Shown here: piece by piece, positions 28,825 through 36,907 of the stretch | How the letters are laid out: each line of letters begins with the position of its first letter | Position numbering within the stretch: position 1 is the first letter of the stretch | Source of the DNA: an uncultured Alphaproteobacteria bacterium | GTDB lineage: Bacteria > Pseudomonadota > Alphaproteobacteria > RF32 > CAG-239 | NCBI GenBank assembly: GCA_944391695.1 | Contig: CALXUO010000030.1 | Span: 5,100 to 69,099, forward strand | Direction: 5' to 3' | Length of the DNA stretch: 64,000 bases | Position numbers and translations under genes: made by a program | The notes under the pieces: model-generated | Told to the model about the DNA's origin: nothing | The model's input: only the letters and a program-made list of their open reading frames with translations | Database searches by the model: none

Positions 28825-30150
28825 TTGCCGTTGATTGAGTTTGATAATAAGGTTGATAAGATAAAAGCCGCGGTTATCTTTCCGGAAATATACGGGCAGA
28901 GGATATCTTTGTCCGCGGAGGTGCGTTTGGCTGAGGCTGTCGGTTTGGCTGAGGCTATTGATCTTTGTGTCGCTTATAGGAATATTATCAAGGTTAAAAA
29001 TATTAAGCCGGCAACCTTGATGGGGCAGGGCATAATTGCAAAATTGCGAGAAATTGCCCAAGATTTAGAAATCGGGTTGTTTGTTTTTGATACCAGTTTG
29101 ACGCCGGTGCAACAAAGAAATTTGGAAAAAGAACTTGGGACAAAGGTTATTGACCGGACAGCGTTGATATTGGAAATATTTGGTGAAAGGGCGCAGACAA
29201 AAGAAGGAAAGCTTCAGGTTGAGCTTGCTCATTTGACATATCAGCGCAGCAGGCTGGTGAGAAGTTGGACCCATCTTGAGAGGCAACGCGGAGGTGCCGG
29301 TTTTTTGGGCGGCCCGGGTGAAACTCAGATTGAGCTTGATAGGCGTATTATCGATGATAAAATCTTGCGAATTAAGAAAGATTTGGAAAAAGTAAAGAAA
29401 ACTAGAGGAATTCAGCGCTCAGCTCGTAAGAAAGTACCCTATCCTATAGTGGCTTTTGTTGGGTATACCAACGCCGGAAAATCGACATTGTTTAATCTTT
29501 TATCAGGAAGCAGTGTTTTAGCTAAGGATTTGTTGTTTGCAACACTTGCTCCGGCAATGCGCAAAGTTAGGCTGTCAAACGGAAATGATGTAATATTATC
29601 AGATACGGTCGGTTTTATATCTGATTTGCCGCATGAGTTGGTAATGGCTTTCAGAGCCACGCTGGAGGAGGTTTTGGAGGCCGATTTGATTGTGCATATT
29701 AGAGATATTGCATCGCAAAGTACCAAAGAACAACGAAGTGATGTATTAAAAGTATTGAAAAGTTTGGGTATCGTTGATGTTGAAAATTCAGAGATATATA
29801 TTGAAGTATTAAATAAAATTGATTTGTTAGATGATAACAAAAAAGCAGAATTAAAAAATAAAATATCATCTAATAAAGTGGCGGTTTCGGCTATAACCGG
29901 TGAGGGAATAGATAATTTGCTTCGGCTTATGGCCGAAAAAGTATCATCTGATTTTGAGATGGTAGAAATCAGGATACCTTCGATAAATGGTAAAAATTTG
30001 GCCTGGATTTATGCCAATGCTACAATTTTGGAAAAACAAAGCAAAGATATGGCGGTTATTTTTAAAGCAAAAATGAGCCGTAAAAATCTTGCTGTGATGA
30101 AAAGTAAAAATATTTCGTACAAGCAATTAAAAATATCTTGCTTTAATTAA
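28825..30150 (+). CDS. hflX: GTPase HflX
   Basis: HflX N-domain 'GKLQVELAHLTYQRSRLVRSWTHLERQRGGAGFLGGPGETQIE'. G-domain 'GYTNAGKSTLFN', 'DTVGF', 'NKID'. Apparent TTG start. Confidence 0.9.
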   Translation: MPLIEFDNKVDKIKAAVIFPEIYGQRISLSAEVRLAEAVGLAEAIDLCVAYRNIIKVKNIKPATLMGQGIIAKLREIAQDLEIGLFVFDTSLTPVQQRNLEKELGTKVIDRTALILEIFGERAQTKEGKLQVELAHLTYQRSRLVRSWTHLERQRGGAGFLGGPGETQIELDRRIIDDKILRIKKDLEKVKKTRGIQRSARKKVPYPIVAFVGYTNAGKSTLFNLLSGSSVLAKDLLFATLAPAMRKVRLSNGNDVILSDTVGFISDLPHELVMAFRATLEEVLEADLIVHIRDIASQSTKEQRSDVLKVLKSLGIVDVENSEIYIEVLNKIDLLDDNKKAELKNKISSNKVAVSAITGEGIDNLLRLMAEKVSSDFEMVEIRIPSINGKNLAWIYANATILEKQSKDMAVIFKAKMSRKNLAVMKSKNISYKQLKISCFN

Positions 30151-30178
30151 AATATTGATATAAACATATCTGTGCTTT

Positions 30179-30255
30179 CGGGACTTAGCTCAGCCTGGTA
30201 GAGCGCTTGCTTTGGGAGCAAGATGTCGTTGGTTCGAATCCAATAGTCCCGACCA
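30179..30255 (+). tRNA. tRNA-Pro (anticodon UGG)
   Basis: Cloverleaf folds: 7-bp acceptor cgggact/agtcccg, D-arm gctc...gagc, anticodon loop tTTGGga, T-arm gttgg-ttcgaat-ccaat, encoded CCA. Confidence 0.9.
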
Positions 30256-30310
30256 AAGTTTTTTAGATGCCCTCGGATAACGGGGGCATTATGGTTATGA
30301 TTGAGGCGAA

Positions 30311-30625
30311 ATGAAACAATTTCAACGCAAAAAAGAAGATTTTGTTTGTGAGCATTGCGGAGCAAAAGTTAAAGGCAACGGATACACCAACCATTGCCCC
30401 AAATGCTTATACTCCAAACATGTTGACATTAATCCCGGCGACAGGCTTGAGTGTTGCGGCGGATTGATGGAGCCGGTGGATTTGGAGATTAAAGACGGAA
30501 AATATGTTTTGGTGCATAAATGCCAAAAATGCGGCTTTATCAGACGCAATAAAGTTTGCGATGATGATGATTTTGAGGCGGTATTAAAACTTGCAAAACA
30601 AAAAGTAAACAATCTTAAAAGATAA
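30311..30625 (+). CDS. RNHCP-domain protein (Zn-ribbon, function unknown)
   Basis: 'YTNHCPKC' plus further CxxC pairs ('CEHCG', 'CQKCG'). Confidence 0.55.
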   Translation: MKQFQRKKEDFVCEHCGAKVKGNGYTNHCPKCLYSKHVDINPGDRLECCGGLMEPVDLEIKDGKYVLVHKCQKCGFIRRNKVCDDDDFEAVLKLAKQKVNNLKR

Positions 30626-30668
30626 CCGCCGATATGATAACCGGCGGTTTCGTTTAAGTAGGTGATTT

Positions 30669-31154
30669 TTATTTCTTGGTTGAAGATGATTTTTTGCCTT
30701 TGCTTACGGTTATTTTTTGTTTTTTGCTTTGTTCTTGCGTGGTTTTGGGAATATTAATCGTTAGGACACCATTGTCATATTCGGCTGCTGCTTTGGTATA
30801 TTCCAAATCCCAGGGAAGAGGGATGGTGCGGCTGATGTGGCCATAGGATATCTCAGAAAAATAGTTATCCTGAGATACTTCGGTGTTTTCATGCCTTTTT
30901 TCGCAGTTGATGGTCAAATAACCGTTGGCCGATATTTCCAAATCAATATCTTGCTCATTTATACCCGGAATTTCGGCAGTTACAGTTACATTTTTTTTGG
31001 TTTCGGAAACCTCTATTTTAGGCTCCATTTCCTGTAACATAAAATTATGAGGCATATCAAATATACTTAGCAAATTCCCAAATGTGCGATTACGGTAAGT
31101 GGAGGCAGAGTGATTGCTGCTTGATTTTTCGGTAGTGCTTAGTTGATTTTGCAT
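30669..31154 (-). CDS. Hsp20/alpha-crystallin family small heat-shock protein
   Basis: Alpha-crystallin domain 'VTVTAEIPGINEQDIDLEI...GVLTINIPK'. RBS AAGGAG 8 nt before the ATG. Confidence 0.8.
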   Translation of the reverse strand: MQNQLSTTEKSSSNHSASTYRNRTFGNLLSIFDMPHNFMLQEMEPKIEVSETKKNVTVTAEIPGINEQDIDLEISANGYLTINCEKRHENTEVSQDNYFSEISYGHISRTIPLPWDLEYTKAAAEYDNGVLTINIPKTTQEQSKKQKITVSKGKKSSSTKK

Positions 31155-31230
31155 AATAAAAACTCCTTAAAATTGAATAACACTAAACCAGATAATCAAC
31201 TTTAAGGAGTTTTCAATACACAAAAATACT

Positions 31231-32262
31231 TTATTTGAGGTTGATGCCTTTTTGTTTGCAGCGGTTGTTCCATTTTAGTTTGGCATAAACCTGCATATCG
31301 GTAATGGTGTCGGTTTCGTCGACAATTTCTTTGCCGATAATGGTCTCTATAATGTCTTCCAAGGTTATGATGCCAATCCAATTGCCAAGCTGATCAACAA
31401 CCAAAGCCATGTGGTTGTGGTCTTCCAACATTGCCGAAAGAACATCTTGAAGCCGTGCCTCGGGAGAAAATGAACGCATGTCGCGGGCAAATTTGTCAAC
31501 TTTGTCTTCTTCTTTGGCTTTGTAAGTGCTTGATTTGTGGATGTAGCCTTTGAATATTTGCTTTTTCTCATCAATAATCGGAAAACGAGAAAAAGGCGTT
31601 GATGATAAAAATTTGGCAAAATCTTTTATCTTGGTTCCTGGTTTTATGGTATGAACAACCGTGCGTGGCGTCATGACATCTTTTACATCAAGCTGGCGCA
31701 AGTTAATAGTATTTATGACGACACGATATTCAATATCGTCAACAACTTTGGCCGCTTGTCCCATTTTGGCCAGAGCTTTAATTTCTTCTTTAATATTTGA
31801 ACAGTCAGTATCAGTTGTAAACCATCTGGTAATTAACGCTGATAGCCAAATAAACGGTTTCATTACCCAAATAATGATATTAAGCGAGGGAACCATAATC
31901 GGTACCAGAGCTTTCCAATATTTGGCACCAATCGATTTGGGCAAAATCTCCGAAGTGGTGAGAATTAAAAATGTCATGATACCACTGGCCCAGCCAACAT
32001 ATGCCTGACCATAAATTTCTGCAACTTGAGCACCTACACCGGTCGCACCGACGGTGTGGGCAATGGTGTTTAGAGAAAGAATGGCGGCTAAAGGCTCATC
32101 AATGTGTTCTTTCATATATGATAATTTTTTAAAAAGTGCGGGATTTTTGTCTTCAAGTTGGGCAACATAGCTCGGAACAATCGATAAAAGTGCGGCTTCT
32201 AACACAGAACATATAAATGAAACCGCAATTGCCATAATGGCAAAAACCAATAAAATAAACAT
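31231..32262 (-). CDS. CNNM/HlyC-CorC family transporter (DUF21 plus CBS pair)
   Basis: Four N-terminal TM helices followed by tandem CBS domains. RBS AAGGA. Confidence 0.8.
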   Translation of the reverse strand: MFILLVFAIMAIAVSFICSVLEAALLSIVPSYVAQLEDKNPALFKKLSYMKEHIDEPLAAILSLNTIAHTVGATGVGAQVAEIYGQAYVGWASGIMTFLILTTSEILPKSIGAKYWKALVPIMVPSLNIIIWVMKPFIWLSALITRWFTTDTDCSNIKEEIKALAKMGQAAKVVDDIEYRVVINTINLRQLDVKDVMTPRTVVHTIKPGTKIKDFAKFLSSTPFSRFPIIDEKKQIFKGYIHKSSTYKAKEEDKVDKFARDMRSFSPEARLQDVLSAMLEDHNHMALVVDQLGNWIGIITLEDIIETIIGKEIVDETDTITDMQVYAKLKWNNRCKQKGINLK

Positions 32263-32431
32263 TTTTTCCTTATTTGTTGTTAACGACTATTTGTTAATAA
32301 CATCTTTTTTTATAAAAATAAAGTATAATTATAGTTTTATTTACTATTTTTGTGCGGGGAGGAGATGTTATTTGTCGTTGTGGCAATTATATAAAAACCA
32401 GAAAATTATAATATTGAAGCGAGAGAAGGGG

Positions 32432-33634
32432 ATGCGGACGCAAAATTTATCGACTAAAGTTTATAATATCGGACATAATTATAAGATGGTAAGGCCCGAA
32501 AAAAACAAATGTCTGTTGTTTTTTGAAGACGGAGACGACAAATTGTTGGCTTCAATCGAGGGATGCCAAAATATATTTAACCGGGTGATTTTGCCACCTT
32601 ATAAGCAAAGCCTTAATCAGGATGAAAAAAGATATTTGTTATCTTTTATCAGGCAAAATAATTTTTTTATTACGGCTGAGATGGCTGCTGATCTTCAAAT
32701 CTCGGTTATTAAGTATGCCGGCGGAGAAGAAGAATATTTGTCGGAAAATCAGTTGGTGAATAAAATTGCCGAAGGAATAGATTTTGCCAAAATTTATGTC
32801 GGAAAAATGAAAGTTCATACTCTGAAAATTCCATCTGAGGCCAAAGGAACATATTATAACTTTTATAATGCTGAAATAAAAAAACTCATTGTGGCGGAAA
32901 ATTGTGATCTTAATATTGATTTTAGAGATAACAATGTGGTCGAAACTATTGTTATGGGCGATAATTTCGCCGGAACAATAAATATGTCACGAACTGTTGT
33001 CGAAAATATCTCATTGGCTGATAATTGTCGTTGTAATTTGACTGTAAGCGATGCCAAAAAGTGCTTTAATTTGCGGCTTGGCGATTTCTACCATGGTAAT
33101 CTTATAATCAATAATTCGTGTTTGGCGGATATGAAAATAGGAGATTTTTCTTATGCCGATATAATACTCAATAACGATGTAGTAAAAAAAGAAATGGCTT
33201 TGGGTGATTATTTTAGAGGTAATCTTCATATAATCAACCAAAATGCTAACATTCTTGAAATAGGCAACAATTGCAAAGGATTGATTAAAATTGAGAATCC
33301 AAATCATAATATGAGCATAAGAAAAATTATAGTCGGTGATGATTTTGCCGGAGATATGATTATAGACGATGATCAAAATATCAGAATATTGGAGTTTGGT
33401 GCCAGAGCTGTGGGAAATTTTAGTGTTTTTGCCTGTAAACGCTTGTCTTTGATAAAGGCCGGAGCTGATAATATGCTTAATATAGAGAGCAAATGTTTTA
33501 TAAAAGATATTAAATCTTTTGAAAATATACGATATTATGTTTTTGATAATGATGAAAAAACAAATACTTGTATGCCTTTTTATAAAAAAGTATATTATAC
33601 TATTCGTAAAATGGTACATAATCTTTTTATTTAG
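32432..33634 (+). CDS. BspA-type leucine-rich-repeat (LRR_5-like) protein
   Basis: At least 8 tandem ~21-aa units of the form 'L..I.IGD.F.GN..I', for example 'IVMGDNFAGTI', 'LRLGDFYHGNL', 'IGDFSYADI', 'LGDYFRGNL', 'VGDDFAGDM'. Very AT-rich. ATG 32432 chosen; the upstream ORF extension overlaps the CNNM gene. Confidence 0.5.
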   Translation: MRTQNLSTKVYNIGHNYKMVRPEKNKCLLFFEDGDDKLLASIEGCQNIFNRVILPPYKQSLNQDEKRYLLSFIRQNNFFITAEMAADLQISVIKYAGGEEEYLSENQLVNKIAEGIDFAKIYVGKMKVHTLKIPSEAKGTYYNFYNAEIKKLIVAENCDLNIDFRDNNVVETIVMGDNFAGTINMSRTVVENISLADNCRCNLTVSDAKKCFNLRLGDFYHGNLIINNSCLADMKIGDFSYADIILNNDVVKKEMALGDYFRGNLHIINQNANILEIGNNCKGLIKIENPNHNMSIRKIIVGDDFAGDMIIDDDQNIRILEFGARAVGNFSVFACKRLSLIKAGADNMLNIESKCFIKDIKSFENIRYYVFDNDEKTNTCMPFYKKVYYTIRKMVHNLFI

Positions 33635-33734
33635 GAAGAATTGTTACGATTTTGTTACAAAATACTTGTTTTAAAGCTTGTTTTGTGTTATAGTATAAGT
33701 ATTAGGAAAACCTTCAATTTATTGGGAGGGTATT

Positions 33735-34100
33735 ATGATGAAAAGCAGCAGAGAGCAAGGGCTTAAGTTCTTAAGCGAAATGCAAAAGCAGATTACTTCA
33801 AAAGAGCAGATTTTTGATGCACTTTTTGAGGCCTGCGGTGCCGGTGATAATGTTAACACCAAGCACGTCTTCTTCCAAGAGGTTATTATTAAATTTAATG
33901 CCTCTAAAGCTAGAGCTGTTATTGCTAATTGTCTGCCCTATGAAACCGAAAGTCATTATGTCGATGTGGCATTATATGCCTATATTAATGCCGGTTTTAA
34001 GATGAAAGATTTTGACAAGGATTTATCGGAATATAAAGCAAAATACAACTTTTTATACACCCCGCTTGCAAATGGCCAAACTGCCTATGCAAACGCTTAA
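33735..34100 (+). CDS. hypothetical protein (121 aa)
   Basis: RBS GGGAGGG. -10-like TATAGT upstream. Followed by a terminator hairpin. Confidence 0.4.
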   Translation: MMKSSREQGLKFLSEMQKQITSKEQIFDALFEACGAGDNVNTKHVFFQEVIIKFNASKARAVIANCLPYETESHYVDVALYAYINAGFKMKDFDKDLSEYKAKYNFLYTPLANGQTAYANA

Positions 34101-34108
34101 AACCCCGT

Positions 34109-34150
34109 AAGGCTTCTGTTTTTTACTCCTTTTTGACAGAAGCCTTTTTT
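34109..34150. terminator. bidirectional terminator hairpin
   Basis: 10-bp stem aaggcttctg / cagaagcctt with an 18-nt loop, then TTTTTT. Confidence 0.5.
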
Positions 34151-34191
34151 ATGGCCTTTTTTGAACACTAAAAGATATTATGATAAACGTT

Positions 34192-35955
34192 TTAGTCTGC
34201 GCCAATAGCCTTAAAGATGCATCCTGTTACCGGAACGCTGTTTTCGTTTCTTAAGATGATATCTTCTATTTGTATATCCTTAAAGCCGTTTTGCTCCAAC
34301 AACTGCTTAATATAAGATGGGTTGTGTTTAAGACGTCCGTTGGTTTGGAGTTGGCAAGGGGAGGAGATGTCTGATTTTTCAATGGAAAAAATTATGTTTT
34401 TGCCACGGCATAACCCTATTAATTTTTCGACAGATTGAACATAACCTAAAACATCGGCAGCTATAATCCAATCATAATCAGAGCGGTTTTTCAGAAAATC
34501 AAATAGGTCTGATTGAACCAATTCGGTGTAGATTTGTTTGTTTTTTGCCTGCTTGAGCATCTTTGATGACAGATCGACACCTATAAGTTGATTCCGATTA
34601 TTCTTAACAGCTTGGCCAACAAGCCCCGAGCCACATCCCAAATCCGCAATACGGCCTTTGATATCCCCTGCAATTCTTCTAATAGCCAACGGAGCTTGAT
34701 AGTCCAAATTTTGCATAACCAATTCGTAATTATCAGCAAAATTGTCAAACAACTTTTCAACAAAAATTTGATTATTTTCAATGTTTCCTCCTTCAAAAGC
34801 TGCATTAATGTGGTGGGCGAATTGATCATCAGGAAAATTATTTAACCAATTTTTTGCTATTTGCAGCGCAATCTTTTCGTCTTGTGAAAATAAAAGAATT
34901 AGGGTTTCGGATAAGTTTACGGAGGCGGCAACAAGCTCTTGGTCGCAACGAAGAGCATTGATAAATAAATCTGATGCTTGCTGATATTGGCCCAAATCTT
35001 TAAGCACAACTCCCAAATTGTTGCTGGTTTCGGCAGTATCGGGACGTAAAATCACGGCTTTCCTATATTCTTCCAAAGCCTCGGGCAGGCGTTTTTGGCG
35101 GTAGAGCATTTCGGCATAGTTGTTGTGCGGCTCAAACCGCTTGTCATCCAGCTCGATTAATCTGCGGTAACGTTGTTCGGCCTCGTTAAAAAGGTCTGAG
35201 CGGCTTAAAATGTCGGCCAGGCATAGTTTGGCTTCGTAATTGTCGGCATTTATTGCTTCGGCTTTGATAAAACATTTTTTTGCTTGTTCGGTTTGTTCCA
35301 GTTCCAAATATATTAAGCCCAATATATAATTTACGGCGTCTGAGTTTGGAGACAATTCGATAGCTTTTAGGGCATAGGTGAGGGCATTTTGATAGTGGCT
35401 TTGATTGTAGTTAAGCCAGGCCAGATCGTAAAAAACCAATACCTCTTTGGGATATTGCTCAGAAAGCTCTTTAAGTTTGGTTTCGGCAAAGGAAGGATTG
35501 TCTTGGCGATAGCTGTTGGCCAGATTTATGGCCGCGGTTGAATAATCGTGATCAAAGGACAGCGCTGTTTGCCAATATTGTCTTGCTTGGGGCAAACCGG
35601 CCAGGGTTTCGTAAATACAGGCAATTTCATTATAGGTTTCTTTGATTTGCGGCGCCAGATTAACAACCTGCATAAAATTGTTGAGGGCATCGGCATATTC
35701 GCCGTTGGCCTTGAGTGAAAATGCCAAATTAAAATAAAAAGAAGCTTCGTCTTTTTTTTGTCTGATGGCGGCTGAAAACCAAGAACATGCTTCTTGATGC
35801 AGCCCCTGAGCCTGAGCTGTTAATCCCAAGAGATTTAGGATATTGGGATTGTCAGGTGATGTTTGTAGAATTTGGCGTGCAAAAGCCTCGGCAGAGATAA
35901 AATCTCCGCAATCAAAGCTCTTGAGCGCTTGTCTAAATAGATCATCGTAAAACAT
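34192..35955 (-). CDS. TPR-repeat protein fused to a class I SAM-dependent methyltransferase
   Basis: About 400 aa of TPR repeats. C-terminal motif I 'IADLGCGSGLVG' and post-I 'IGVDLS'. Confidence 0.75.
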   Translation of the reverse strand: MFYDDLFRQALKSFDCGDFISAEAFARQILQTSPDNPNILNLLGLTAQAQGLHQEACSWFSAAIRQKKDEASFYFNLAFSLKANGEYADALNNFMQVVNLAPQIKETYNEIACIYETLAGLPQARQYWQTALSFDHDYSTAAINLANSYRQDNPSFAETKLKELSEQYPKEVLVFYDLAWLNYNQSHYQNALTYALKAIELSPNSDAVNYILGLIYLELEQTEQAKKCFIKAEAINADNYEAKLCLADILSRSDLFNEAEQRYRRLIELDDKRFEPHNNYAEMLYRQKRLPEALEEYRKAVILRPDTAETSNNLGVVLKDLGQYQQASDLFINALRCDQELVAASVNLSETLILLFSQDEKIALQIAKNWLNNFPDDQFAHHINAAFEGGNIENNQIFVEKLFDNFADNYELVMQNLDYQAPLAIRRIAGDIKGRIADLGCGSGLVGQAVKNNRNQLIGVDLSSKMLKQAKNKQIYTELVQSDLFDFLKNRSDYDWIIAADVLGYVQSVEKLIGLCRGKNIIFSIEKSDISSPCQLQTNGRLKHNPSYIKQLLEQNGFKDIQIEDIILRNENSVPVTGCIFKAIGAD

Positions 35956-36170
35956 TGCTTATTCTCAGTTATCAATATATGTTCAGGTTATAGCAGATGT
36001 ATTAAAAAAATCCAGTAGTTTTATCAAAAAAAAGACTTGATTTTGTCAAAATATTATTATACATTGCCATCACTTCCGAGAATGAAGACGGTGTTTTTAT
36101 CGTCTCGTTTGGCATGTGGTGTCAAAACTATCGGGACAATAACGTTAATTAATATATAAGGAAATTTAAG

Positions 36171-36782
36171 ATGAAAAGCATTGTTTCTACAAAGAAAAAG
36201 AAAGAACGTCAATATGGCGTTATTTGGGGTGCGCCCAACGCTTCGGTTGCCAAGAGAGAATATGCTCCGGGACAACACGGCCAAAGAAGAAAAAAACCTA
36301 CCGATTATGGTGAGCAATTGGCCGCAAAGCAAAAATTGAAAACTTATTACGGCAATGTTTCGGAAAAACAATTCCATAAATATTATGTTGAGGCTATTCG
36401 TCGTTCGGGCGATGCGGCCGAAAACTTAATCGGTATTTTGGAATCTCGCTTGGATAATATCGTTTATAAAGCAAAATTTGTTCCGACTATCTTTGCGGCA
36501 CGTCAGTTCGTAAACCATGGTCATGTTTTGGTTAACGGCAAGAAGGTTAATATTCCTTCTTATATGTTGAAGGCCGGTGATGAGATTGAGGTTAGGGCAA
36601 AATCTAAGCAATTGCCTATTGTTATTGCTGCTTTGGAATCTGCGGCGCGTGATGTACCGGCTTATGTTGAGCTTGATGCCAAAAAGGCCGTTGCAAAATA
36701 CGCTTTTGTTCCTAAGCTTGATGACATTCCTTATGCATCGGTTATGCAGCCAAATATGGTTATCGAGTTCTACTCAAGATAG
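36171..36782 (+). CDS. rpsD: 30S ribosomal protein S4 (alphaproteobacterial long form)
   Basis: '[14 protein letters not shown]...[12 protein letters not shown]' and '[29 protein letters not shown]...MVIEFYSR'. Confidence 0.95.
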   Translation: MKSIVSTKKKKERQYGVIWGAPNASVAKREYAPGQHGQRRKKPTDYGEQLAAKQKLKTYYGNVSEKQFHKYYVEAIRRSGDAAENLIGILESRLDNIVYKAKFVPTIFAARQFVNHGHVLVNGKKVNIPSYMLKAGDEIEVRAKSKQLPIVIAALESAARDVPAYVELDAKKAVAKYAFVPKLDDIPYASVMQPNMVIEFYSR

Positions 36783-36804
36783 TAGGGATTGCCTGTTTAC
36801 TACA

Positions 36805-36846
36805 AAAATCCTCAGAAGTTGTGCAAACTCTGAGGATTTTTGTTTT
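36805..36846 (+). terminator. rho-independent terminator after rpsD
   Basis: 11-bp stem aaaatcctcag / ctgaggatttt, then TTTTTGTTTT. Confidence 0.65.
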
Positions 36847-36907
36847 AAATAGAATAAATATAAGATACACTCTGTCTATCTTTTGGTATTGTGATGTTAA
36901 CCCTAAT

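Noticed and set aside
32237-32431. N-terminal extension of the LRR gene as drawn in the ORF track, and a 9-codon uORF at about 32366 preceded by GGGGAGGAG
   Set aside because: The extension overlaps the divergent CNNM gene start and is Ile/Tyr/Phe junk from an AT-rich tract. The uORF has essentially no spacer between its SD and its ATG, and stops after 9 codons.
35956-36170. Possible S4-binding autoregulatory leader upstream of rpsD
   Set aside because: Only short, unconvincing hairpins were found, and I could not match any described S4 operator structure. I keep it as a promoter region only.
36821-36907. ORF-track start of the large membrane protein at 36821
   Set aside because: It lies inside the rpsD terminator hairpin. 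The first plausible start is ATG 36908.
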